A DNA stretch of 16,215 nucleotides from Ginkgo biloba (lineage: Eukaryota > Plantae > Ginkgophyta). The stretch lies in contig JANKJI020000002.1 of the NCBI GenBank assembly GCA_024626585.2, positions 135,820,998 through 135,837,212 on the forward strand, in the 5' to 3' direction. The notes under the pieces are model-generated. The model was not told the DNA's origin and searched no databases. It saw nothing but the letters and a program-made list of their open reading frames with translations. Positions within the stretch are counted from its first letter, which is position 1. Every line of letters begins with the position of its first letter. Of the stretch, positions 1 to 10,325 are shown one piece after another. Position numbers and translations under genes: made by a program.

Positions 1-596
1 ATTTTTAGTTCTCGCATGCACTTATTAGGGCTATTGATAGTTGGCTTTTTGCCTTCTTTAGCCAAATGGATGTCGCTACTACTTTCTATCAATTGTAACT
101 AAAAGTGTACTTGCAGGGTTAATAGTGATGGAGTAGCTATTGATCAGATGGCTATTGTTGTAGCCATGTCCTATGGTCTTTTGGTGCAACCATGATAATA
201 GATATGGTTTGTGGTTAGGGCCTAATGGTGTAACCTTTATGATTTAGTCCAATGGTCAACAGGGAAAATGCTCCTATCAAATATGGAAACATCAATCTTT
301 CCCTTTGGGATCAACACACACCACGTTCTTCTAAGATTTCTCCAAAAAATGGAACCTAAATAAACCATAGGTGCCCTATATGCATTTTAGTCTTGTAACT
401 AATATCCATAACTAACATGAACAATTTCCATGTTCTACAAGTTCAAAAGATACACCATCAACAAGGGAGAATTGAACCCCCTTTTGCTTGAATCTCGGAA
501 TAAAGAATTGTATCAAATTAAAATGGTCATTGATAATGTTGATATATTAGGAATGTCTATGATATAACATAAGAATAATGCAAATATAATATAGCA

Positions 597-858
597 TGTT
601 GGTATAATGTCTCATTTTGATGTATTAAATATGAAGTCAAATATGTTATGGTTGGAATCAAATAATGTAACATGTGTTGTGTGTGTCCGTTACAATTAGA
701 TTTCTTCTAAGTTACTTGATAGAGTTTATGTTACTTCTTTGTACTCTATATATCTATCTTGTTTTTGAATGAAAGGGTGAAGAGCAATTCGATCAATTTT
801 GGGCTCAAGTTTGTGGTGTGAGGCCATTGCTTCTATGTGTAACTTTGTTTTGTCTTCA
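597..858 (+). mobile_element. Short LTR (family A), 5' LTR copy
   Basis: Starts TGTTGG and ends CTTCA. A PBS follows 3 nt later. Aligns end to end with 2297-2559 (roughly 85-90% by eye). TATA-like CTCTATATA near 745. Confidence 0.85.
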
Positions 859-861
859 CTG

Positions 862-873
862 TGGTATCAGAGC
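862..873 (+). promoter_or_regulatory. Primer-binding site, tRNA-iMet (TGGTATCAGAGC)
   Basis: Exact canonical plant LTR-retrotransposon Met-PBS immediately after the LTR end. Confidence 0.9.
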
Positions 874-1910
874 AACGTTTTTCTTCCTTGGTCTTTGCAT
901 ATGGTCTCACCGTCCTCCATTTTTCAATCATTTTGCTCCCCCACTATTGCATTTTGGTTGACGACATTAATTTGCCTCCTCACAAGGACTGTTCAGAGCA
1001 GGCATTTTTTCTTTTTTCGAATTGTATTTCTTTGTATTCTCTGTGCATGGTTGTAATGAGGTTTGTTTAAAAGATGATGCATCGTTTGAAATATGTAGTT
1101 GTCAGTTTGCCCTAACGAGCTCTGGGAAATGTATGTGACTTGCTGACCTCAGAAGGAGGATGAGGAGGGAGTTGAACATGCCTGCGTAGAGACCGCCTGT
1201 GTGCAAACGCGTTGAAAAATCATATAAAAGTCCTTTGGAAGAGAAGTTTGCTGGTGGAAAATTGTCGGCTTCTATCTCCTTTCGTCCTGGTCAGTGTGGA
1301 AGTGTTATGTGTATGAGAGGGCCATTTCATTTGTAATCCCTAGTTATTTATTTAGATCCACATTAGTTGGTATGTTGAAATTAGGCATGTTGCCCTGATT
1401 AAATTATATCTCCTATTGTTGTTTATAAATATTGAGCTAGATATTATCATTATGAATGAATGCCACACCAGTTGAGAGATCACTAAGACTAATTTGTATA
1501 AGATTTACAAACATGCAGGCTACAAGGAAGTAGAATTATTTTGTAAAGTTAAATTAAAAATTAAAAATTAAAGTGTTATTTTAATAGGTGTTTGAAATTT
1601 GACCTTTTTTTTGTTCTAGCTTGTCACTTGAAGTTTGCATATGATCAACTGTTAGAAGGCTAAGTCTTTGAAAGGTGCTTTTTTTTTATGTTAGGCCTGC
1701 GTGCCAAATGTTTGACTAAATGTCTCAAAGAGGCAGCATGATGTTCTGTACACAATGCCATAATAAAAAACATTTTTTTGGTGTGTGGGTGTCTCGTATT
1801 TAGAGACGAGNNNNNNNNNNNNNNNNNNNNNNNNNNNNNNNNNNNNNNNNNNNNNNNNNNNNNNNNNNNNNNNNNNNNNNNNNNNNNNNNNNNNNNNNNN
1901 NNNNNNNNNN

Positions 1911-2296
1911 AAGAATGCAACGCCATGACTAGATGGTCTACTTGCAAAATGGTATCAAAGATTCTTTCATATAATAAAAAATTAATTGTGAGAGATGATC
2001 CCAAAAATGGAAGAAAAATCATTCATTCTTTTAACAATCAATTCAACATTTCTAGTCCTAAAGCCAAAACTAAAAGGCACATACAAGTTGCAAAGCTAAA
2101 TGTTGATAGCATTGTGCAATGTTTTGTACAAAATTATATCCAAAATGATAGCAAACAAAATACAAGACTATACCTTGGGTATATAGCACAAAAGTAGTTT
2201 GGATCCATAAAAGCACAGATTGATCATGCACGAGGTAATGCACTCAATGATGACAACACAAGAACCTACAATGACTTTCAAGATAGATATGAATAA
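1911..2296 (+). pseudogene. L1-clade LINE ORF2 reverse transcriptase remnant (N-terminal RT motifs)
   Basis: Manual translation across stops and frameshifts: KNATP*LDGLLAKWYQRFFHIIK (KAPGPDG..FYQ.FW), NSTFLVLKPK (from 2040), IALCNVLYKIISKMIANKI (from 2106; RPIALCNVxYKIISK) and HEVMHSMMTTQEPTMTFKIDMN (HEVxHS...KLDMxKAYD). Confidence 0.88.
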
Positions 2297-2559
2297 TGTT
2301 GGTATAATGTCTCATTTTGATGTATTAAATGTGGAGTCAAATATGTTATGGTTGGAATCAAATAATGTAACATGTATTGTGTGTCCGTTACAATTAGATT
2401 CCTTATCAGTTACTCAATAGAGTTTACGTTACTTCTTTGTACTCTATATATTTATCGTGTTTTTGAATGAAAGTGAGAAGGGGCAATTCGATTAATCTTG
2501 GCCTCAAGTGTGTAGTGTATGGTCGTCGCTTCCGTGTGTAACTCTTTTTTGTCTTCACA
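2297..2559 (+). mobile_element. Solo LTR (family A) inserted in LINE RT
   Basis: Second copy of 597-858. No PPT before it and no PBS after it. It interrupts the LINE reading at KIDMN|KAYD. No clean TSD seen. Confidence 0.8.
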
Positions 2560-2690
2560 ACATATCTAGAGCAATATTTCTCCCTCTAAGCAGTTTTCTG
2601 TAAGGCTTGAAAATTTCAATAAGGTGTGATTGTCACAATAATATCAATGTCTTTGCAACATCATATATCTAATGATGATACCCATATGCC
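2560..2690 (+). pseudogene. Probable continuation of LINE RT after the solo LTR
   Basis: ACATATCTAGAGCAAT...CTCTAAGCAGTTTT loosely resembles the expected (K)AYDRV.W.FL.AVL coding sequence. Heavily decayed, and the right end is uncertain. Confidence 0.45.
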
Positions 2691-3139
2691 ACTTGAAATA
2701 TGTAACAATATGCATTAAAAGCAAACATCAATACATAAACTATACGGCTATATCATGACCATCAATATGCACTTGCCTCACATACCAATAACAAGGCACT
2801 AAACATAACAATAAAACAACATAAACATCCAATTTGATAATCTCTTGTACCTATTCTTCTCCACTACAAGCTATTGTGGATGAAAATGTTATAAACCATA
2901 GATAATCATAATATAAAGCATAAGCAAACTAGCTTTGCATATAATTTCTCCATCAAAGCAACCATCTTTCAAGTGAGCTGAATTTCAATAAATCAATGCA
3001 AAAAGCATCTCTTCATAAGTTTTGCACAAAGGCAAGGCGTACTACATGAAGGACACATGCTATAGAACACCTCTTATAANNNNNNNNNNNNNNNNTCATG
3101 AAATCATTTTTCAATTCAATCACCCCTGTGTTACACTTG

Positions 3140-3370
3140 ATCAGATTTATATTGAGGTTATCATCTATAGACTTACTCACACTCTATAACAATACCTTCT
3201 ACCAAGGTACTACCTGATCATAGACTTATTTTGACTCTACACCAGAGCTGTATCACCTCATAAACATATCTAGGCCTCCATACCAAAGTTACATCACCTT
3301 ATAGACTCATCCAGACTCTATACTAGAGTGTGTCATCCATAGTTAACTTAATTGAGCTCTACATCAAGGC
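3140..3370. repeat. Degenerate ~40-bp minisatellite
   Basis: ATAGAC(T/A)..ACTCTA(T/C)AC..AG...ATCACC-like units start at 3167, 3220, 3260, 3301 and 3339. Confidence 0.7.
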
Positions 3371-3385
3371 TAGGGCCATTCATTG

Positions 3386-3500
3386 ATGCATCACCTCATT
3401 CCAAACAATTTTTTTATATCAATTGATCAAACAACAATTAGTATCATGCATCACCTCATTCCAAACAAACTTTCAATATCAATTGATCAAACAACAATTA
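3386..3500. repeat. 60-bp tandem duplication
   Basis: ATGCATCACCTCATTCCAAACAA...ATATCAATTGATCAAACAACAATTA occurs at 3386 and 3446 with only a few mismatches. Confidence 0.95.
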
Positions 3501-3639
3501 AGGCGTAACTGCCCAACCATCAAACATGAGGTCAAATCGACACGTCCTTCATTTATCAAGCTATTGTCTCCTAACAATAATATTACGCAATCGAACCAAC
3601 CATGTAGAACAATCCATCTTGGATGTCATTTCTAATGTA

Positions 3640-4222
3640 GAGACTTCAAGAAGAGGGAAGTATTATGCATGTATAGCCTTGCATAGTATAAACCAACAAT
3701 AAAATCCCATGTATAGTCTACCTAGGTACTTCTAATTGAAATTTAATCAATGCCCTACCATAATTGTTGTTTAAGGTGATAAACTAACACAACTTTCATT
3801 TTGAAAAAACTCACTATAAAGTATAGCAACAACAAACAACAAATCGTCCTCATTGCCTTGATCAATAGATATTGGCCTTAATCAACACTACAAACTTCAT
3901 TTCCACATGATGTCCTTCCCAATTTGCACAATAACTCCGTGAAATGTTCCATTCTCCAATGGCATAAAAGCATGTGCAGCAGTCTACACCATCAAAAAAA
4001 GAGAAAAAAAACATGGCAAGGATAGTATTTAACAATGTTTGAGCAACCTCCCAAGGCAAAGGAAAATAATTCAAACTTGTGGCAACTTGTTTTGCACCTG
4101 CACCAATATGTAAAAGTACTTTGATACCAACAACATCTCTTCTGAATTATTCCACCAACAATGTGGAAACCATGCACAAGAGTGTTCCATGTTGAAGAAC
4201 ATCTAAATATGCCCTTGGCACC
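3640..4222. repeat. Unidentified dispersed repeat, copy 1 (homologous to ~11010-11635)
   Basis: Colinear shared blocks: ATGTATAGCCTT, CTCCAAnGGCAT, CAACCTnCCAAGGCA, GTACTyTrrnnCCAA, ACCAACAA..GAAnCCATGyACAA, ATGTTnAA..TATGC. Confidence 0.65.
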
Positions 4223-4536
4223 ANNNNNNNNNNNNCATATTTAAAATTGAAATATTTTCGTAGAGGTTTAAATGGTATATTATTAAGGATGTAAATGGAA
4301 TCCCTTATAATAGAGTCATAAAAGAAAGTACCTAGTAAGTACCAACAAGAGAATGTTAGTAGGTCCAATGGGGAGCACCCTCATAATATCCATGGAACAA
4401 CTTCAACCATTCCTAATTTATGGAGTAGAATGGTGAGCTAATTTAATATGATATTTGATGAAGTAAAGTAGTTTAAGTACCTAGATGGGAGGATGCATTA
4501 ATTAGTATCCGAAGAGGTATATGTATTGGGGGATTA

Positions 4537-4837
4537 TGTTATTCGATAAGTTGATAGGTCATTTTCTCATATGGATAACTCTTATCTTTTTATTACAAGA
4601 GAGATAATTATGCACACTTATTTACCAATATGGTTTGAGGAGTTTTTTACTTAGATTGTACCTAAAAAGGTTATATTCTCTTAAAGTAAGGACTCTTTAT
4701 GAAAGCATGTAACCATAATCTCAAGTGAAGAATGAAGCAATTGTTGTTAGATAAATTATATTTAGTCTCAAGTGTCATATTTCTTTGCTAATCATAATCA
4801 ACTTTGATACTCGTAAAAACAAACATAGAATACAACA
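4537..4837 (+). mobile_element. Possible ~300-bp LTR
   Basis: TGTTA...CAACA termini, a GGGGGA tract at 4528-4533, and LINE-like coding sequence starting abruptly after the CA. No second copy and no TSD. Confidence 0.3.
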
Positions 4838-5989
4838 TTTGGGAAGGGAGGATAAGGAGTTGTGGAGGAAAGGGAGACATTAGAGCCCTTCTTCCCTGAA
4901 CCTTATACACAACATCAAGAGTAGGAGATGATGAAGGTCAAGAAGTGAAGATGACAAAGGAGCCACCATAGTCACCCATACAAAGATTCATCAAAGTCTT
5001 TAGCCAATATAAGGGTGGGCTCAATCTACCTCACTTTTCCTCTAGTATTTGGAAGAAGCCCTAATGAGGTTCATATCTATATGCATGAGGGTTTTGCTAA
5101 GGAAATTTCTAGAGAGGGCAATGGAGAAGAAAGTGGTGATTTCAAAGGCATTAGAGTGCCAAAGAATTGGAGTACCAAAGAAGAACAGTCAAAGGACGAC
5201 ACTTTCATAGTCTCTCTTTTTTGAGCTCAACAATGGTGGTCCTTCAAGTGGCCATTGGATGTGTTGAAGATGGAAGAGAAAGGGGCAATCTTGAGCATCC
5301 CTATGGATTTTTGTCTTTCTCATAAGATCAACTTCATTTTACCAATGCCAATACCATTACATGACTAGTGTTAGCTCATTGAGCTCAACCAAAATCAGCA
5401 CTCTAACTAAGTATTGGCAAGCATACAATGTTAATATGCTATTACAAATCACACCACAAGTTCTGAGCAAAAGACAATATATTGTCGCATCAAAAAGCAT
5501 TTATCAATCAATATTTGTGTTCCAATATTCACAAGAAAAGAGGAGCGACATGGTGGCAACTTATGCCTCTATGCAAATTAAAGGTTGGTCTAGTAAGTCA
5601 GGCAAGGTTGTGGGCAAGTAAAAGGCCTCTGTTGAGGTGCCAAAGGAGTGGCATGTAGATCAAAAGGAAAATGGCCCAGAGGAGATGCACATGCCATGTA
5701 GTCTCCAATGACCTATTTGGCTACAAAAGATTTAAATTTTATAGAAGGGTTTCTAAGGGTTTGAAGATAATGTTTTAGCCCTTAGCATGCGGTCCTTTGA
5801 CCCTTGGTCTAATGAGAAAAGGGTTTGGGTTGCATTCCAACTCCCTAAGTGTTCTATATTGATCTGACACCATGGAAAACAAATTGAATCGGGCCTTTGT
5901 GGGTGTGTTTTAACTCCACATAGTTTTTATTGTAATCTTTGTATGCAATTCCTTCTATCTAATGAAAACATCCTTTACAATAAAAATAA
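4838..5989 (+). mobile_element. 3' portion of an L1-clade LINE (decayed zf-RVT, RNase H-like domain, 3'UTR, A-rich tail)
   Basis: Motifs appear in the expected order: WEGRIR..EERETLEPFFPEPY...*E (GPSRC.LC..EET.HLF..CPY...W), LPHFSSSIWKK/N (IWKERN; IW at 5047-5052), DGRERGNLE from 5269 (DGASRGNPG), FQYSQEKRSDMVA (F.ISH..R..N.VAD). Then TGTAATC...TAATGAAAA...AATAAAAATAA, resembling plant LINE 3' ends. Each motif is very degenerate. Confidence 0.65.
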
Positions 5990-6588
5990 TCAATTATGAT
6001 ACCATTGTAACAAGTCCCAAACAATCTCCATATGTATATAGGAAAAAGAATGCACATTTTGAACCATTCATATAAAATATGGCAGATATGCATCTATGCA
6101 ATTCACGAATTTGGCTTGGTGGAAAAGAAAACGAATTACAGCAGAGATTACTATAGAATCAATCCAATAATTCATACAATTCATCCATCTATCCAAGCAT
6201 AGCAACCAGCCACAAAACAAACTAGTCTTAGGCCCNNNNNNNNNNNNNNNNNNNNNNNNNNNNNNNNNNNNNNNNNNNNNNNNNNNNNNNNNNNNNNNNN
6301 NNNNNNNNNNNNNNNNNNNNNNNNNNNNNNNNNNNTAGAACACATTAAAGTAATTGATATATATTATCTTTGTCCAATTATTTTTGGAGAGTTATTTTGA
6401 ATATTGATTTATGTATCTAGATTTATGATTCCAAGTCCTTTTGAGTGCATAGATACCCTTTTAGGTTTCCGTGTAGGTGATTTGACAATTCTACAAGCAA
6501 GTACAAGTCATTTTCTTGGGTGGCATGCAAAGGCACATAATTTTGAAATCTTTCTGTGTGATTTCAATATTCTAACAATTATGCCATT

Positions 6589-6706
6589 GATTAGTGCGTT
6601 AATAAGCAGCTAACGTGGATTAGCAAGCTCTAAAGTTGCACGGTAATGTTGATTAGCACGCTCTTAGGCGGCTAATGTCGATTAGCAAGCTCTTAAGCAG
6701 CATAAC
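6589..6706. repeat. Four ~29-33-bp tandem units with internal inverted repeat
   Basis: GATTAG units at 6589, 6618, 6651 and 6680. Consensus is about GATTAGCAmGCTCTTArGCrGCTAATGT, in which ATTAGC and GCTAAT are complementary. Confidence 0.85.
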
Positions 6707-7834
6707 AGAAATCTCCAATCCAAGAGTGTTTCAGAGACGTTCTTCGATCGTACAATGGATTGAACATTGTTGAAGAGCCTTAATTTAGTGTTGAAGAAGG
6801 TTACAAGGTTGATTACCCCCTTGGATTTATCGTTCATACGCTTCCGCACTTTTTAAGGTCATTTCTTCAAAGCCTCCAGCCAAGCAGGAGCATCAACTAT
6901 GAAGACGTATGAGCAAGTCCATGAACTAACCTTCGAATACAAGAATTAGGTCAAAACTGAAAGTGAAACCTCTCAAAAATATTACATAGGAGGAGATCCA
7001 GTATGTTAGAATATGAACAAGGGTGAGCCCAAGGCAAAGGAAGCACCTAAATCAAAGGAAGTAGCTTTGAATGACAAAATTCTACTTGAAGAAAAAACTT
7101 TGAACTTATTAAATTAGACCCAAATGACAAGGACAATTTTGATGTAAACATCTATACTCAAACCGAAAAGAAGACAAACAAATCAGGTAGACACAGATTA
7201 TCTTAATCCAAAAAAGGAGAAAGATAGATTTATTTCTACCAAGGAAGCCCTAAACGTAGCCGCCAAACAAGCATAGAAAAGGAAGGAGGTTACAAATAAG
7301 GCTGATGAAAGCTAAAGAAGAAATTAACAAGATCAAGCAAAAGAAAAACGTTACCAAGGTGTAAATTTGGAAGCAACCTACAAAGGCAAGTACAAAACAG
7401 GACAACACTACGATACAAGCACCTAAACAAACAACAAGGAATATGAACCTCAACCAACTNNNNNNNNNNNNNNNNNNNNNNNNNNNNNNNNNNNNNNNNN
7501 NNNNNNNNNNNNNNNNNNNNNNNNNNNNNNNNNNNNNNNNNNNNNNNNNNNNNNNNNNNTGTAAATATGGAAGCAACCTACAAAGGCAAGTACAAAACAG
7601 GACAACACTACGTTACAAGCACCTAAACAAACAACAAGGAATATGAACCTCAACCAACTTGATTGAAGCGAGAAGATGAAGTTAATGAAATAACTTGTGG
7701 ATGACCTAAACCTAACGGTATCGCTTACAAAAATATTGGAGCTATGCGAACCTGGTTTATGGCATTCATTGGCATGTAATGACGAGAAGCAAAACGATAA
7801 ACCTGTATGCTAGATGAAGCCAAACCTCGACCTC

Positions 7835-8210
7835 GATCCTCAAGTATCTATGACTATTCAATCAACATGAGATAAAGAGGGTAATCATGTATGGTGGCTT
7901 TGTAGTGAACATTATACTAGAAAGCATATGGGAAGCTATTGGGAGGCCAACTCTATCTCTATCCATTTCACATTAACAATGACGAACCAATCTACGATTT
8001 GACCCATGGGAACCATCGACAAAGTTCCTGTGAAGGTAGCTAGCATCAAAATTCAACAAGATTTAGCCTTGTTGCGTATGCCACCCAGGGGGCACTATTA
8101 TTTGGCACTCTTGAGCAGATAGTGGCTCCATCCCATCAAGGCCATTCAAGACTGGGAGTTCTACATGTTTACACTACGCCAGAGAGGGAAAAAGGTAACA
8201 TTACCTATGG
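7835..8210 (+). pseudogene. Retropepsin aspartic protease remnant
   Basis: VIMYGGFVVNIILESIWEAIGRPTL (catalytic DGGS read as YGGF, 7890) ... PMGTIDKVPVKV ... YLALLSR*WL (YPALLGRPWL) ... AIQDW. Confidence 0.85.
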
Positions 8211-8399
8211 CAACTGATGGCCCAACTTTTGTACAAGAGGAAGATGATCCCTCAAGTAGCACAAGTTCAACTGAATCAACAACTAGTTCATACCTGGAGT
8301 CTGCATATCATCGTTGGATGAGAGATGACTTTCCAAAACCCAACATAAATGGCGAACTAAAAATCAATGCTAGTTCAGATGACGAATCAACCAATTTTA

Positions 8400-8723
8400 T
8401 AATGAACCGATTACACAAATCTTATGAACTTAATCAACACTCCTATATTTGCTCAAAACGAGCAACGACAAGCAAGNNNNNNNNNNNNNNNNNNNNNNNN
8501 NNNNNNNNNNNACACATAAGGTCACCCACCTTTCATAAAGAAGACAAAGTTCTCTTGTATGATAGTATCTTTAGGACCGAAGTAGTAGATTGAAAATGAG
8601 ATGGCTTGGCCTATTTCTCATAAAGAAAATTAAGAGTACTGGTTCGTTAATTTGAAGCAATTAGACAGCAAGTTATTACCCACACTCGTTAATGGTAGCT
8701 GCCTAAAGGCATATTATGATTAG
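8400..8723 (+). pseudogene. Integrase C-terminal (GPY/F) region remnant
   Basis: HIRSPTFHKEDKVLLYDS / RLKMRWLGLFLIKKI / VNLKQLDSKLLPTLVNGSCLKAYYD*, joined over two frameshifts. Matches the F..GD.VLLY.S...KL..RW.GP(F/Y)...VNG.RLK.Y pattern of Athila/Tat-like integrases. Confidence 0.88.
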
Positions 8724-10155
8724 NNNNNNNNNNNNNNNNNNNNNNNNNNNNNNNNNNNNNNNNNNNNNNNNNNNNNNNNNNNNNNNNNNNNNNNNNNNNN
8801 NNNNNNNNNNNNNNNNNNNNNNNGTTAACTCCTCCTTGGTTAGGATGGCACATTAAAGAACATCACTAGTGAGAACAAAATTAAATCTCAATTTTTTAGT
8901 ATGCTTCATGGACTAGCCATTATTTGGTATTAATATATTAATGCCAATAATCATGCTTGGGATAAGATTTAAATATTATTATTGAATCAATTCTATAAGC
9001 TCTTATACCCCCTCACACTAATCCAAGCACTAGAGGAACTAAGACAACTTCTAAGGGAGATAATAAAAGATTATGATAGTCAAATTTAAATACTACTAAA
9101 CAAATTCTAATAAGAAGATTAATTCCCCTTTTAGATCTTATAAAAATATTCATATAACAACTCATTTTGTACATATAGAACTTAGTGAGAGTCTATCCCA
9201 TGCAAAGTTATCAATAGTGGATATGAATTAGTGATGAATTTTAAAACTAGTTGGTAGAGACATGCCATTAACACACTAAAAAATACATGGCACCCACTCC
9301 TAACCCTAAAATTAAATAATTACAGAATAAATTGGCAACAAATAAATTATAAAAGCAACAAAAATATTCAACATCAAAACATTTATGAGATAAATTTATA
9401 AAATGATAACAATAGGACTCCATCAATACTCATCAAGATAATGGTGTATGCCTCCATATAACTAGTAATGACATTTATAAAATACACATCAAGAGCTGGT
9501 GAAAGAAATGCACATCTTGCCCTTTCATGGAATTCTACATTATCATATTAGTCCAACCATCATTATATCTTCCAAGGCATACGATGTCTATTAGTGATAA
9601 CTACCTTAGGACCTTTTGTTTACTAGCTTAGTGTACACAGTAAAAAGGGTTAGTTAACATTTCTAAGCTGCATTGGTATCAACATGCCTACAACTGTAAG
9701 GATCGAACTGTACTGCTTTTCACCAATATAGGGGCAATCTTAAGTTGCATAGTAGTTGGAGACTAATGTGGCATGGTTGTCTCTACTACACATTTCATGC
9801 ATGTGGATTTATATAATAGTTGTCATACTTGTACAAAAATAGCAAGTAGTACCTAACGTTATTAGACACACATAGAAACGAATGGAAGAGAATAAAGATA
9901 TAAATGTTTATATAATTATATCAATATATGACAAATACATGAGATGATCATTGTAGCCCTTAAGCAATAGTGCCTTTTTCCAAGAGTCAATCTAGAGTCA
10001 TATACATTTGGTTCACTAATGATATCATATACTAAACTGCAATTTGCTAAGGTGCTTAGCCTTTACAACATTAATATTTAACATAAGTAATTTATCTTGT
10101 GACCAATGTTGCACTACAATCGAGTGTTATGTTGTGAGTGCTTGCTATTCATAGA

Positions 10156-10325
10156 GTTGTAACTAAAATCCATCTATGACCCAAGACTGATGTCAAGACT
10201 AGGACCAAAGTCTATCCATATGATAGCAACCAAAGACTACTATTATAGTTGAGATCGAAAACAGCTAAATTCAATGTTGCAATCAAAACAATTGTCTTCA
10301 AAGCTGCAACCAAATACATCTTTAT
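10156..10325. repeat. Highly degenerate ~26-28-bp tandem repeat
   Basis: GTTGCAACCAAA-like cores at 10156, 10222, 10248, 10276 and 10303. Confidence 0.45.

Larger units (their letters stand above)
6900..8723 (+). mobile_element. Internally deleted, decayed Ty3/gypsy non-chromovirus (Athila/Tat-like) polyprotein region
   Basis: Probable gag-PR linker (DVNIYTQTEKKT, LNPKKEKDRF, LTVSLTKILELCEP), then protease, then the integrase C-terminal region ending at TAG 8721-8723. The left boundary is approximate. Confidence 0.8.

Noticed and set aside
799-1070. ORFs 799-1056 and 861-1070 as small membrane proteins
   Set aside because: They overlap the LTR end/PBS, begin at non-ATG codons, and owe their hydrophobicity to T-rich sequence.
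597-2559. A single intact ~2-kb LTR element bounded by the two family A LTRs
   Set aside because: No TSD, no PPT before the second LTR, diverged LTRs, and the second copy sits within LINE RT sequence.
3862-4368. Overlapping minus-strand Cys-rich ORFs as a host gene
   Set aside because: Short, in different frames, with no recognised domain. The homologous copy near 11200-11635 gave no matching long open frame in the frames I read.
4237-4536. DEVK*FKYLDG (~4457-4489) resembling a LINE FKYLG motif or the end of copia RNase H
   Set aside because: A single short motif with no supporting neighbours, so it cannot be assigned.
6006-6235. TGTAACAAGTCCC as the start of another LTR
   Set aside because: Only the terminal word supports it, and the sequence runs into a gap with no second copy.
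6589-6706. CRISPR-like array (palindromic ~30-bp repeats)
   Set aside because: Units are head-to-tail with no unique spacers, there are no cas genes, and the context is eukaryotic retroelement DNA. The same applies to the 40- and 43-bp arrays.
7360-7659. 100-bp direct repeat (7360-7459 and 7560-7659) flanking a 100-N gap
   Set aside because: Only two mismatches, and both copies abut the gap exactly. Most likely unmerged overlapping contig ends or haplotypes. ORFs 7250-7576, 7443-7646 and 7450-7653 depend on the Ns.
8824-10150. AT-rich stretch examined for coding remnants or the gypsy 3' LTR
   Set aside because: I recognised no motif and no match to 6336-6580, so it is left unannotated.
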